Shown here one piece after another: positions 1 through 8,844 of a stretch of 45,610 nucleotides of DNA (the stretch's first letter is position 1; the number at the start of each line of letters is the position of its first letter). Made by a program: the position numbers and the translations under genes. The stretch comes from a virus: positions 1 to 45,610 of IMG/VR virus record IMGVR_UViG_2853968202_000001; one strand, given 5' to 3'. Under the pieces are notes generated by a model. It saw only the letters and a program-made list of their open reading frames with translations. It did not search any database and had not been told where the DNA came from.

Positions 1-92
1 ACTACTACTACTACTAGAAAGTAGTAGTGTAGTGTGTACACAGCAGGTACACTCTTTGGGAAAACCTAAGTGCCTGTGTACACACTGTGTAC
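1..92. repeat. Terminal direct repeat, left copy (identical to 45519-45610)
   Basis: Read directly: ACTACTACTACTACTAGAAAGTAGTAGTGTAGTGTGTACACAGCAGGTACACTCTTTGGGAAAACCTAAGTGCCTGTGTACACACTGTGTAC occurs at both window ends. Confidence 0.95.
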
Positions 93-93
93 A
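33..93 (+). promoter_or_regulatory. Cluster of three TGTGTACA(CA) palindromic boxes upstream of the RHH gene (candidate operator)
   Basis: TGTGTACACA at 33-42 and 75-84, TGTGTACA at 86-93. The last box ends 6 nt before the ATG at 100. The boxes are self-complementary. Confidence 0.45.
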
Positions 94-99
94 TAGACG

Positions 100-1191
100 A
101 TGGGACGTACTAACGGCTCCAAGGTAAAGCGGCATCTTGCACTCCGGAAAGAGGCTTCCGACACTCTCGACGAACTGGCGAAGGACTCGACGATGAACCT
201 CGGAGAGATCGTGAGCGAGGCGATTCTCGAGTATTCAGACCGTGACCGGCTTGCACGAGTCGAAGGAAAGGTCGACAACCTTCTCGAGGAACTGGGGGCA
301 TCTCAGGACTCTACCCACGCCTCCGGAGTAACTCCGGTTGAAAAGAAAAAGAACTCGCAGGCGATCTCAGATTTTGATCCACTCGAGTACGATCCCGACG
401 AGTTCGAGGGGACGCTCTCGAAAGACGGGCTCGAGGAGTTGATCCAACTCGAGGAGCCCGAGATCGCACTCGATCACGTGGATACATCCGACCTGCCGGG
501 CAACACTGACGATAAGGCGACAGTGCTGGCGGCAACGCTCCGGCACGAGAATGACAAATTCGTGTTCCAGGACCAGATCGTGGATCGAATCAGCGAAACG
601 CTTGGAAACAGCTACTACTACCACAACACGTACGACGACCTCATCGCGAGCCACTTCGACCAATTCGAGGACATCACACAGGGAGAAGATGGGTTCTATA
701 CGCGTGCCTCTGAAGACCGCTACTTCGTCACCGAGGAGGTCAAACTGGCGCACTATCGGACGCGCTTCAACGACACGAGAGAGTCCGCAAGCGGCGAGAT
801 AGCGGAGACATCTAGGGCGACAGGACCGCTGATTGACCTTCCACGAGAGAAGCCATATCCGTACTATCTGAAGTGGCTTAACGAGTTCAGTGGCGAGCTG
901 GTGAAACACGATATCGCTACCTCTGACGAGATCGCTACAATCAAGCGAGACCTCGCTTCGAGCTTTTCTGATGTCAGGGACTCGATAGCGGATCTGATCG
1001 ACTTGGCGAGTCGAAGCCCGCCTCACGATTGGTTTGAGTACGAGGAAGCAGTTGATATGCTCGAGTACAACGACGAACAGGCTCGAGACCTCCTCGAAAC
1101 ACTCGATGAGTGGGCGTATATCGCAGAGAATGCGGACCGGAAGGACCACTGGAAGGTTGTGGCCGGAAACCTTCCCGGAGGTGAACTCTAA
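100..1191 (+). CDS. Ribbon-helix-helix (CopG/Arc-like) N-terminal domain protein with a large acidic C-terminal domain of unknown function (363 aa)
   Basis: ATG start. N-terminus KVKRHLALRKEASDTLDELAKDSTMNLGEIVSEAILEY fits a strand-helix-helix pattern. Acidic haloarchaeal composition. First gene of the operon containing ParA. Confidence 0.75.
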   Translation: MGRTNGSKVKRHLALRKEASDTLDELAKDSTMNLGEIVSEAILEYSDRDRLARVEGKVDNLLEELGASQDSTHASGVTPVEKKKNSQAISDFDPLEYDPDEFEGTLSKDGLEELIQLEEPEIALDHVDTSDLPGNTDDKATVLAATLRHENDKFVFQDQIVDRISETLGNSYYYHNTYDDLIASHFDQFEDITQGEDGFYTRASEDRYFVTEEVKLAHYRTRFNDTRESASGEIAETSRATGPLIDLPREKPYPYYLKWLNEFSGELVKHDIATSDEIATIKRDLASSFSDVRDSIADLIDLASRSPPHDWFEYEEAVDMLEYNDEQARDLLETLDEWAYIAENADRKDHWKVVAGNLPGGEL

Positions 1192-1283
1192 TGGATAACT
1201 CCCCCGACGGTTTCGACCACGGCTACCCCGTTAAGACGGTCAAACTTTCCGCAGAACAGATCCTCGAGCAGTATCGCGTCTGA
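1191..1283 (+). CDS. Small hypothetical protein (30 aa), possibly translationally coupled (TAATG overlap)
   Basis: Hand translation gives MDNSPDGFDHGYPVKTVKLSAEQILEQYRV. The ATG overlaps the upstream TAA. Below the ORF-track length cutoff. Confidence 0.25.
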   Translation: MDNSPDGFDHGYPVKTVKLSAEQILEQYRV

Positions 1284-1335
1284 CGTAGCTTTAAGCTCTC
1301 CGAGATCTTTGCTCTCTTTGAGGCAGGAGAGCTAT

Positions 1336-2109
1336 ATGAGAATCGGAGTTACCAATCAGAAGGGAGGAGCCGGCAAGACGACAACCACGCTGAACGTGGC
1401 CGGCGCGTTGAACCAACTCGGGAACGATGTCCTCGTGATCGACTTGGATCCACAGGGCCACGCCACCGAAGGACTCGGATGCGAGGATCTGTACGACGAC
1501 CGCGAGCGCGACTCGTTGTTCGATGTACTCCCCGACCTGGACCGAATGGACGACCTTGACCAACTGATCATCGAGCACGATGAGGTCGATGCCGTCCCGT
1601 CGCACGAGAAGATGATTAATGCCGAGGACGCGCTCGCGAACGTGATGAAACGCGAGGAGCGCCTCGACATGCTCCTCGAGGAGACTGACCAAGACTACGA
1701 CTACGTGCTGGTCGACTGCCCGCCGAACCTCGGCGTGCTCACGGACAACGCGATCGTCGCGACGGGAAACGTGCTGATCCCGGCACAGGCGAAGACAACG
1801 TCGATCCGTGCAATCAAACTCCTGTTCAAGCAACTCCGCTCGATCGAGTCCGCGTTCGGCGATGTCGACGAACTCGCGCTGGTCGCGAACGAGGTCGAGG
1901 TCGACGGCGAGGCCGACGAAATGATGGACTGGTTCAGAAATGTCTTTGAGGACAAAGACGGGTGCGAGGTTTTTGAGGTCAGAAAGCGAGTCGCCTTGCA
2001 GCGCGCCTGGAACAACGGCGTCTCGATCTTCGAACACGAGGAAGAGTCTGATATGGAAGATGTGTATCTCGATGTCGCCCGGCACCTGGAGGCGTTCGGC
2101 GATGAGTGA
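1336..2109 (+). CDS. parA: ParA/Soj-family partition ATPase
   Basis: Deviant Walker A KGGAGKTTT in MRIGVTNQKGGAGKTTTTLNVAGAL, followed by DLDPQGHAT and VLVDCPPNLG. Internal ATG at 1336 is preceded by AGGAGAG. The track ORF begins at 1309. Confidence 0.9.
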   Translation: MRIGVTNQKGGAGKTTTTLNVAGALNQLGNDVLVIDLDPQGHATEGLGCEDLYDDRERDSLFDVLPDLDRMDDLDQLIIEHDEVDAVPSHEKMINAEDALANVMKREERLDMLLEETDQDYDYVLVDCPPNLGVLTDNAIVATGNVLIPAQAKTTSIRAIKLLFKQLRSIESAFGDVDELALVANEVEVDGEADEMMDWFRNVFEDKDGCEVFEVRKRVALQRAWNNGVSIFEHEEESDMEDVYLDVARHLEAFGDE

Positions 2110-2470
2110 CAAGCGCGATTACGACCCGTGGGACGACCGCTACGACGGGAGAGACAACTCAAAGAGCGAGGAGACGACAGAGACGGCAGATACATCAAAG
2201 ATGCAACAGAGCACACAGACGGAAGAGAGTTCAGAGAACTCAAAGGGTGAAGGTGGTTCAGAAACAGTCCGCGAGCGCAGGAACGTAAACATGTACTTGC
2301 CGGACGACCTCGTCGACGACCTGCAACTGCGGTACTCGGAACTGAACGTCAAGTGGCGACGGGAGCACGGTGACGATCTCCCGAAGAATGGCGAGTTCTA
2401 TCCAGCGGCGATCCGCGCAGCGCTGAACGAAACGTCGATCGAGGAGGAGCTCGGCCTCGACGACGAGTGA
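2102..2470 (+). CDS. Small acidic ParA-partner protein with an RHH-like C-terminal segment (candidate centromere-binding adaptor)
   Basis: ATG at 2102 overlaps the end of parA by 8 nt (ATGAGTGA). RRNVNMYLPDDLVDDLQLRYSELNVKWRRE resembles a strand-helix DNA-binding unit. Position immediately after parA. Confidence 0.6.
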   Translation: MSDKRDYDPWDDRYDGRDNSKSEETTETADTSKMQQSTQTEESSENSKGEGGSETVRERRNVNMYLPDDLVDDLQLRYSELNVKWRREHGDDLPKNGEFYPAAIRAALNETSIEEELGLDDE

Positions 2471-2587
2471 CGGGTTCGGGGCGTCCTTTTCTAGCGCGGC
2501 ATGTGATTCACACCGGTCTCGCGGCATCAACCCTTTCCCTCGAGCCGCCGAGACTGGGGATCCGGACACTGATCACTCGAGACACAA

Positions 2588-3136
2588 TCAGTTGTCGGGG
2601 TAGCCGATCGGTCGCGGATCCTCGAGTCGATCTTCGACGAAGTCGTTAGCCGGCCCGAACTCCCGGTCGGTCTCTGCGACGTGCTCGTTGGGATGGTGCC
2701 ACAGCGTCGGCTCTTCCAGAGCCATCACCTCGACACCGCCGTTCATCTCGAATAGTCGGACACGGACCTGACGGTTCGGGAGCGGATGATCTGGATCGTA
2801 GAAGTATAAACGCATGCACTCGTCCTCTCCCTCGAATCTCGATCCAACTGGCCACCCCTGGACAAAGCCCTGCTCAGCGAGGGTCTGTCGGACCTCCTCG
2901 AGGGATCGCTCCCTGAAAAACGACGGGTGGTTGGGCTTGGCGACGGTGCCATAGTTACGTCTGACCCAGCGAGCCAGCTCTCGCTTCGCTGCCCAGGGGA
3001 GCTTCTTGAGTGGGATTTTGCCGTTGTCGCGGAAGCTCCGGGCACTTTTGATCATCCCGCCGATGAGCATGAGCAGAGCGACGGCTAACTGAGGGTCGAT
3101 ACTGTTGACTAATCGGATGAGTTCTGCGTTGGTCAT
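2588..3136 (-). CDS. Hypothetical protein with an N-terminal hydrophobic anchor (182 aa); last gene of the late operon
   Basis: ATG start. LAVALLMLIGGMI near the N-terminus is followed by a soluble domain. Starts 3 nt after the stop of the upstream 89-aa membrane protein gene. Confidence 0.7.
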   Translation of the reverse strand: MTNAELIRLVNSIDPQLAVALLMLIGGMIKSARSFRDNGKIPLKKLPWAAKRELARWVRRNYGTVAKPNHPSFFRERSLEEVRQTLAEQGFVQGWPVGSRFEGEDECMRLYFYDPDHPLPNRQVRVRLFEMNGGVEVMALEEPTLWHHPNEHVAETDREFGPANDFVEDRLEDPRPIGYPDN

Positions 3137-3138
3137 AT

Positions 3139-3408
3139 CTAATCGTCGTCGCTCTCGAGGCTGACCTTCAAGCCATTTCCGAGGAACAATTCAAGGATGT
3201 CCGGAGCGCCCACTGCCAGAATGAAGAGTGCAATCTGATAGCCTTGCATACCCGTCTGAAGGCCAATGTAGGCGATTAGTAGCGACAGTAAGAGGTTCTT
3301 GGCTGCTTTGTATATTTCTACACCCATTCCGTATCTACCCCTCAACTCCCGGTCTAACCCGACTGTGAACTCGCCGATTGACTGGTCGTCGTCGTGTCTG
3401 ATACCCAT
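3139..3408 (-). CDS. Small membrane protein, two predicted TM segments (89 aa); holin-like by size and position
   Basis: ATG start. Hydrophobic stretches LLLSLLIAYIGL and IALFILAVGAP. Charged C-terminus SLESDDD. Confidence 0.65.
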   Translation of the reverse strand: MGIRHDDDQSIGEFTVGLDRELRGRYGMGVEIYKAAKNLLLSLLIAYIGLQTGMQGYQIALFILAVGAPDILELFLGNGLKVSLESDDD

Positions 3409-3604
3409 GACTAATATTGCTCCCTAGGTTTATCGTGGTGTTCGTAAACAGTGCTAGAGCCTCGGGATCTCTCTTGCATGGAGGAATCCCTTGGCCGCCG
3501 TAGGGGTTCTCTCCCCTGCGTTTTCGTACCCTCATTCATATGATTAGTTGGATTCAATTCATCCACACGCAGACAGTTTCTTATCGTACTATTCGGTTTG
3601 CCGG

Positions 3605-3847
3605 CTATCTCTCCCGTCCGCCGTCCCCAATGAGCTTCTCTCGAGAGGCATCAACGCTGACGGCATCCGAGAGAACCCACAAAAGGAGCGAGACAGCCGT
3701 CAAGATGAGGAAATCCTGCACGATCGGGGTGACTACATATCCTTGTTCAACGAACTTCTTGGCGGATTCTGAGAAGAATAGCAGCGTCAGCCACGGGTTT
3801 TCGATTATCTCGCTATAGATGCGTCTCAGGTTGCGGTGTTCAGTCAT
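3605..3847 (-). CDS. Small membrane protein, two predicted TM segments (80 aa)
   Basis: ATG start. Hydrophobic stretches WLTLLFF and FLILTAVSLLLWVL. Lies in a visibly AT-richer region just downstream of the fibre genes. Confidence 0.55.
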   Translation of the reverse strand: MTEHRNLRRIYSEIIENPWLTLLFFSESAKKFVEQGYVVTPIVQDFLILTAVSLLLWVLSDAVSVDASREKLIGDGGRER

Positions 3848-3936
3848 TATGGAGTGTGTGTGTGGTTGGTTAGTTCGCTATGCTCGAGGGGTCGGACGAT
3901 TGGTTGGCCTCGCTCTCGGGTCATCGACCTGCCATC

Positions 3937-5274
3937 TCACATTTCGGGGACGTTATCGTCGACCCAGATCGAGAGGTTCCGCTCGTAGAGATCGTTATCG
4001 ACCGGCGATCCCCAGTCCCCTCCAAAGTGGTAGTGGCGGCGCCAGTACGGGATCCCTCGGTCGGCGAACTCCTCTTCGAGAAACAGATACTCGTCGTAGT
4101 CCCACGCCTTGACGCCATTCACCCACCCCTCGAGCCGCCCGTCTGGCACGCCAGGAGTGTTCAGCGTGATTCGGTAGTCGATTGTGGTCCACTCGCCTTT
4201 GCTCCCGCCTTCGGTCCAGCAGTGATGCCACCCGTGCTTGTGTTCGTCAGGGTCAACAGTCGCATCATAGACCTGCGATAAGAACGGCACCTCAGCACCT
4301 CCCGAGGCGTCGTGGATGCCACCCTGACACGGCGACCCCATCCGCATCGAGTAAGAGGCACCCTGATTATGATTGCCACCCGCAGCGCCGCCGGGGTCCT
4401 CCTCAGTACCACGATGATCGGCCCAACCTGGCAGCTTGGTGCCGCCATTGATACCGTCGTCCCACGTCTGCCAGTCCTCCGGGAAGAACAACTCGAAACG
4501 AGCGTGTGCGACTCGAGGCTCGTAGCCGACCGCGTTCTCGAGGTACACTCGCTCGTTGATTCCGAGAATTTCATCCTCCGGATAGAACACCTCGAGCGCT
4601 TTCCCGCCACCGCCCGCAGGGTCATCCACGATGTGGCAGCGCTCTGCTCGCGTGGCCTCGACGCCAGTCGCGGAGTGGTAGTCGGGCGTCGGCTCGGATG
4701 GCTTCACGCCGCCGAGAGACTCCTGTGGTTGATCCTCTTCGACCGACCGGAGCGGACGGATCTGATTGATGTTGTAGCGGTATCTCGTCGTCTCGGTACC
4801 GCCTCCAGTGTAGATTCCGGCTGTCGCGACTAACGCCTCACTTTTGATGGGATACTCGATATGGCTCCGACCACGATCGTAGGGAGCTCTGCCGGCAGCG
4901 CAAACGACCTGATAGCCTTTGCCGGCCTCGAGAGGCGTCGTGAACGTGAAGGAGTCCCCCGCCTCGAGAGTATCGATCGACCGCCGCTCGAGGATGTCGC
5001 CACCGCCGTCCTTGAGATAGGCCATCACGAGGCCGGACGTCTGCTCAGAGAGTCGACACTCGAGGCCTTCGAGATTTTGCTCTGCACGGATTCGAACTCC
5101 GGAGTGGTGGCTCTGTCCGGCCTGTTGCTGGTCGTCAGACTCGAGGTCGAGCGCCTCAAGCGGTTCTGGTTCCTCAGGTTCTTCCGGTTCTGGTTCTGTG
5201 TCTGTCCTATTGTCTCGGTCTTGTCCTCTGAGTAGCCACTCAAGGCACTCGAGGATTGCATTCAGTGGGTTCAT
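3937..5274 (-). CDS. Tail-associated protein with a C-terminal polysaccharide-lyase-like / concanavalin-like domain (445 aa)
   Basis: ATG directly follows the stop of the upstream spike gene. The C-terminus has GTKLPGW, W.TIDYRITLNTPGVPDGRLEGWVNG and HFGGDWG, which I recall as typical of the PL14-type polysaccharide lyase fold. N-terminal EPEPEEPEEPEP linker. Confidence 0.55.
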   Translation of the reverse strand: MNPLNAILECLEWLLRGQDRDNRTDTEPEPEEPEEPEPLEALDLESDDQQQAGQSHHSGVRIRAEQNLEGLECRLSEQTSGLVMAYLKDGGGDILERRSIDTLEAGDSFTFTTPLEAGKGYQVVCAAGRAPYDRGRSHIEYPIKSEALVATAGIYTGGGTETTRYRYNINQIRPLRSVEEDQPQESLGGVKPSEPTPDYHSATGVEATRAERCHIVDDPAGGGGKALEVFYPEDEILGINERVYLENAVGYEPRVAHARFELFFPEDWQTWDDGINGGTKLPGWADHRGTEEDPGGAAGGNHNQGASYSMRMGSPCQGGIHDASGGAEVPFLSQVYDATVDPDEHKHGWHHCWTEGGSKGEWTTIDYRITLNTPGVPDGRLEGWVNGVKAWDYDEYLFLEEEFADRGIPYWRRHYHFGGDWGSPVDNDLYERNLSIWVDDNVPEM

Positions 5275-7245
5275 TCAGAAATTGCCGCGTTCGACGTAGT
5301 TGGCCGCCCAATTCGCCGGATCGTCGTAGTGGCCGATCGCACTATTCACTTCGTCGTTGTCAACGAGTCGTAGGGAGCCGCCGTACCCAATCGAGTAGTA
5401 TTCGATGTCGAGCGAGTTTCGGACGACGTTGACCGTCCCCCCAGTGTCCACCCGGCAGGCGGTCCCACCGCTCAGCTCGGAGATGATATTTGAGTTCTGG
5501 ATCGTGATCTTCGACCGATCGGTCGATGCTCCGACAACGGCACGATACTGCTCGCCGCCACCATCCTTACAGATGTACGTAATGCCATCGACAACGACGT
5601 TATGGACGTTCGAGTCGATCGCACGATTCTCAACGGAGTCGTTCGACACCTCATAGATCATCCCGCCCTCGATTCGGACGGTCCCCTCATTATCCTGGTA
5701 GTTGCGGTACTCGTAGTTATCGTCCGCGATAGAGTTCCTGCTCGAGGTGATCCGAATGACCTCATACGGGACCTCGTGGTACACCTCAAGATCTGTAATT
5801 CGAAGCGTCTCGACGTTCTGTCGGGCCGCTACAGTAGCGTTGGTACTACTAAGATTGATGAGCTTCGCGCCTTGGACAGACGTTGCGCCGTTCGAATCGC
5901 TGATGCTCAGTAGGTTGGGATCCATCTGCGAATCCCAACCATCCGGTCGAGCAGGCCCACTGGAATGGCCGAGATTGAAGATACTTACAGGGTTCTCGAC
6001 CGTGTCGTTGCGGCCGATCCGGACGTTTGCTTTCGCGTCATTTTTGTACAGTCCTCCGATGACTCTGTTCGACCCAGGGCTCCCGTTCACGAACAGCCCG
6101 TAATCACTGAACCCGTGGGCCTCGCAACCGATCCAGTCGATCGTCCCATGGTGACCGGAGTCGGCGCTAAAACCAGTCACTTCGTTGTTCCCGTATCCGT
6201 TCGGCACAGAACCATCGCGGAGATGGACGTTCCGAACCGTGCCGTGGCCACTCTCTGAGGCGATCTGGCAAAGTAGTGTGAATCGATCTCCGGTAGCGTC
6301 AGTCACTCGGTCTCGCTGGCCGATAAGCTGGACATTCTCTATATCCAGCGAGTCCTCTACTGTGATCCGTCCAATCCCACAGTCATTCGAGTCCCCGGAG
6401 ATATCTATATCAAGGTTGTAGAGTCCCAGACTCTCGATCGCATTGGATCCGTCATAGTCTCCCGTCACAAACAGCTTGTGGAACCGTCCGTTGACGTTAA
6501 GAGTGGCCTTCGGCCGGCCGTCGATCACAAGACGCTCGAGATTTGTGTCACGAACGCTCAACTCGCTCTCGACGTTGTAAGTGCCGTCGGGTAGGACTAG
6601 ATAGATCCGGTCGTGGTCGACGATAAGGTCCCGGATGTAGTCCATCAGGTCGCCTCCGGACCCATCCCCTGGATATCCCGCGTCGGCGGGGTTGAACATA
6701 CTCCAGTCTTCGAGATCGTCGTAGGGCAGGGTATCGACGTAGTCTTCCGTCGCGACATCCTGCCCTGCGATCGACAGTGCCTCGAAACTCCCAGTGCCAC
6801 CGATCACCTCCTGGGCATCGAGCACTCCGATTTCGACGTCGACCCGCTCGATATCATCAGGATTGCCGTCAGCATCGGGGACGTCGACGACCTCGATCGT
6901 GATAACCTGATTGCCACGCGGGGCTGACCACTGTTGGTCGCCCTCGAACCGGGCGATGAACACACCGGCGTGGGTACCCGTTCGCGACAGCTGGTCTGCC
7001 TCGAGCTGGTAGCTCACTTCGCCGGTCGTTGCGTCCTCGATCGTGGCGACGTCGTTGACGATCGTCTCGTTTCGAGCGGTGTGCACGAGGTAGAACCGAA
7101 CAGAGAGGGCGTCGCTCAGATCGAGTGGGTCGCCATCATCGATCGGCCTCGAATCTGGTGGTTCTCCGCGAAACGTCTCCTCGATCGGGATGTAGCTATC
7201 TCCTCGCTTGCGGATGTGGTCGGGTCGTGGTTTATGTGTGGACAT
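5275..7245 (-). CDS. Tail spike/fibre protein with an N-terminal anchor domain shared with 7327-8829 and a central beta-helix-like repeat region (656 aa)
   Basis: The N-terminal segment IVNDVATIEDATTGEVSY parallels FINDVATIEDRPESEVKY of the next gene. The central part has repetitive N/G/D-rich strands (NVHLRDGS, GLFVNGSPGSNRVIGG, RIGRNDTVEN) typical of right-handed beta-helix spikes. Confidence 0.7.
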   Translation of the reverse strand: MSTHKPRPDHIRKRGDSYIPIEETFRGEPPDSRPIDDGDPLDLSDALSVRFYLVHTARNETIVNDVATIEDATTGEVSYQLEADQLSRTGTHAGVFIARFEGDQQWSAPRGNQVITIEVVDVPDADGNPDDIERVDVEIGVLDAQEVIGGTGSFEALSIAGQDVATEDYVDTLPYDDLEDWSMFNPADAGYPGDGSGGDLMDYIRDLIVDHDRIYLVLPDGTYNVESELSVRDTNLERLVIDGRPKATLNVNGRFHKLFVTGDYDGSNAIESLGLYNLDIDISGDSNDCGIGRITVEDSLDIENVQLIGQRDRVTDATGDRFTLLCQIASESGHGTVRNVHLRDGSVPNGYGNNEVTGFSADSGHHGTIDWIGCEAHGFSDYGLFVNGSPGSNRVIGGLYKNDAKANVRIGRNDTVENPVSIFNLGHSSGPARPDGWDSQMDPNLLSISDSNGATSVQGAKLINLSSTNATVAARQNVETLRITDLEVYHEVPYEVIRITSSRNSIADDNYEYRNYQDNEGTVRIEGGMIYEVSNDSVENRAIDSNVHNVVVDGITYICKDGGGEQYRAVVGASTDRSKITIQNSNIISELSGGTACRVDTGGTVNVVRNSLDIEYYSIGYGGSLRLVDNDEVNSAIGHYDDPANWAANYVERGNF

Positions 7246-7326
7246 CTCAGCTTATTCTCGCATGATTGTCTACTTTTATCCCCAAATGGTTGTGCACATC
7301 TCCCGTTTCTGGTCCGAAATGACAGG

Positions 7327-8829
7327 TCATTTGATCCTCCCGTATGCTGTTATTGTTGGCGTTCGCAAATCAATCTCCTTCCCACCTTGCGACTTTCTCC
7401 TTATTTCCAGATTTATGTCTCCGCTCCCTGAATAAGGTCCGATAGAACTGGAAAACTCGGGATAACTTGCTGGTCCTGAAACCGATTTTGAAGTGATGGT
7501 TTCTCTCGATCCCCCCGAAAAAACAAATAGCTCTGTATCGGCCGTTTCGCCGTCAGGAACCGCCCAACTTGCCGAATAACCGAAGCCAATGGCGTCGAAT
7601 CCTGAAAGACTCGCAAGACTATCAAAGTCTACACGGATACGTCCGTCAAACCCCAGTGTATTCGTATAACTGGTCGAGGTGGTTTTATGATCGCCACTCT
7701 CTCGCTGTACCCAGAGGGGCCACCAATCGCCAGAGTCGCCCATTATCCCCGTTACTGGGCCTGTACCCCCGACCGTTATTTCGTCTGCACTTACCGAGTC
7801 GGCGTTGACTGTACCGGCCTCCGTGATGTCGTGACCATGTGCCCTGATATCTCCGTTTTCACGCAACTCGAGGAAGTCGGTGGTAGCCGCGTTCGAGTTC
7901 TGGAGACGGACACTTCTCCGCCCCGAGTCGTACATGATGTTCGCTACCGGGGAACCGTCATGGTCGAGCCGGAGGTTGATGTTCCCGTCCGATTCAGCTT
8001 CGATGATGAAGTCCATGTTACCGTCATGAGAACCGTCCTCCGTCCGGGGCCCAATGTGGTACTGGTCGACTTTGTAGTAATCGGCCTTAGTGACCGGAGA
8101 TCCACCGGCGATATTGAATCGCTTGACGGGCTGGGCGTCAGTTCCGTCGAAGGGACGGCCTCGAGTATAGATGCCCCAGTGGTTGTGGGCCTTGTCCGCG
8201 GCCATGGTAGCGATCCGCTCCCCAGCCTCGGTGAGAAAGTGAGCACCGGTCGCGTAGCCTGCATCTCCCACGGCCGCGCTGTCGTCCCCCATCTGGAAGA
8301 CGTGCATCCCACGGGCACTGAGCCCCGGCTCACCGCCCCAGAAGCCAACAATTAGATTATCGAGGTTCTTCACCCCGTGGGCTCTCAGAACACTATCAAC
8401 ATCCAGTGGCGACCCGACAGTCACGCCCGATGCCGTATTCGCCCCGATAGAATCGACCTGCAGATTCTCGAGCGAGAGATTCGGGTCGTCGTACTCTCGA
8501 ACGTCGGCCTGTCGATCGAGGATCTCCCGGACGTGGATCTCTTTCGGAGAGCCGTTCGGGACCGTCTGCGTCCCACCGTCGCTGTAGTTGATAACCCATT
8601 CGGCCTCATACGTCCCCGCAAGGGGCCAGCCGCCATCCATCTCGTATTTGACCTCGCTTTCGGGTCGATCCTCGATCGTCGCGACGTCGTTGATGAAGAT
8701 CTCTCCCTCGGGGTCCTCGACGTAGAGTTGGACAGTGTCGTTTGGGCCGAGCGGGATCGTCGCCCGCCCGCGCGTCAGCTGGTCGCGAATGATCGGTCGG
8801 TCGTCTCCTTTTGCGTAGTCTGTGTGCAT
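7327..8829 (-). CDS. Tail fibre protein, paralogous N-terminal anchor, distinct C-terminal tip (500 aa)
   Basis: ATG start. Shared N-terminal motif with 5275-7245. The last ~120 codons (about 7327-7700) are visibly AT-richer than the rest of the gene. Confidence 0.7.
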   Translation of the reverse strand: MHTDYAKGDDRPIIRDQLTRGRATIPLGPNDTVQLYVEDPEGEIFINDVATIEDRPESEVKYEMDGGWPLAGTYEAEWVINYSDGGTQTVPNGSPKEIHVREILDRQADVREYDDPNLSLENLQVDSIGANTASGVTVGSPLDVDSVLRAHGVKNLDNLIVGFWGGEPGLSARGMHVFQMGDDSAAVGDAGYATGAHFLTEAGERIATMAADKAHNHWGIYTRGRPFDGTDAQPVKRFNIAGGSPVTKADYYKVDQYHIGPRTEDGSHDGNMDFIIEAESDGNINLRLDHDGSPVANIMYDSGRRSVRLQNSNAATTDFLELRENGDIRAHGHDITEAGTVNADSVSADEITVGGTGPVTGIMGDSGDWWPLWVQRESGDHKTTSTSYTNTLGFDGRIRVDFDSLASLSGFDAIGFGYSASWAVPDGETADTELFVFSGGSRETITSKSVSGPASYPEFSSSIGPYSGSGDINLEIRRKSQGGKEIDLRTPTITAYGRIK

Positions 8830-8844
8830 GTGGTGTACCTCTGG

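Noticed and set aside
367-1149. Long ORFs antisense to or out of frame with the called genes. Examples: 367-1149(-), 1291-2112(-), 9798-10577(+), 19813-20604(+), 21588-22517(+), 22861-23901(+), 24315-25286(-), 25048-26103(+), 25616-26455(-), 33612-34580(+), 35540-36310(+).
   Set aside because: Their translations are Arg/Ser/Pro/Thr-rich and basic, unlike the acidic haloarchaeal proteins on the partner frame. Such open shadow frames are expected in high-GC DNA. Each overlaps a gene with clear motifs or synteny.
1294-1333. The 8-bp inverted repeat AGCTCTCC/GGAGAGCT just upstream of parA, as an operator or parS.
   Set aside because: It is too short to distinguish from chance, and the right arm doubles as the Shine-Dalgarno-like AGGAGAG. 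It may be real but cannot be supported from sequence alone.
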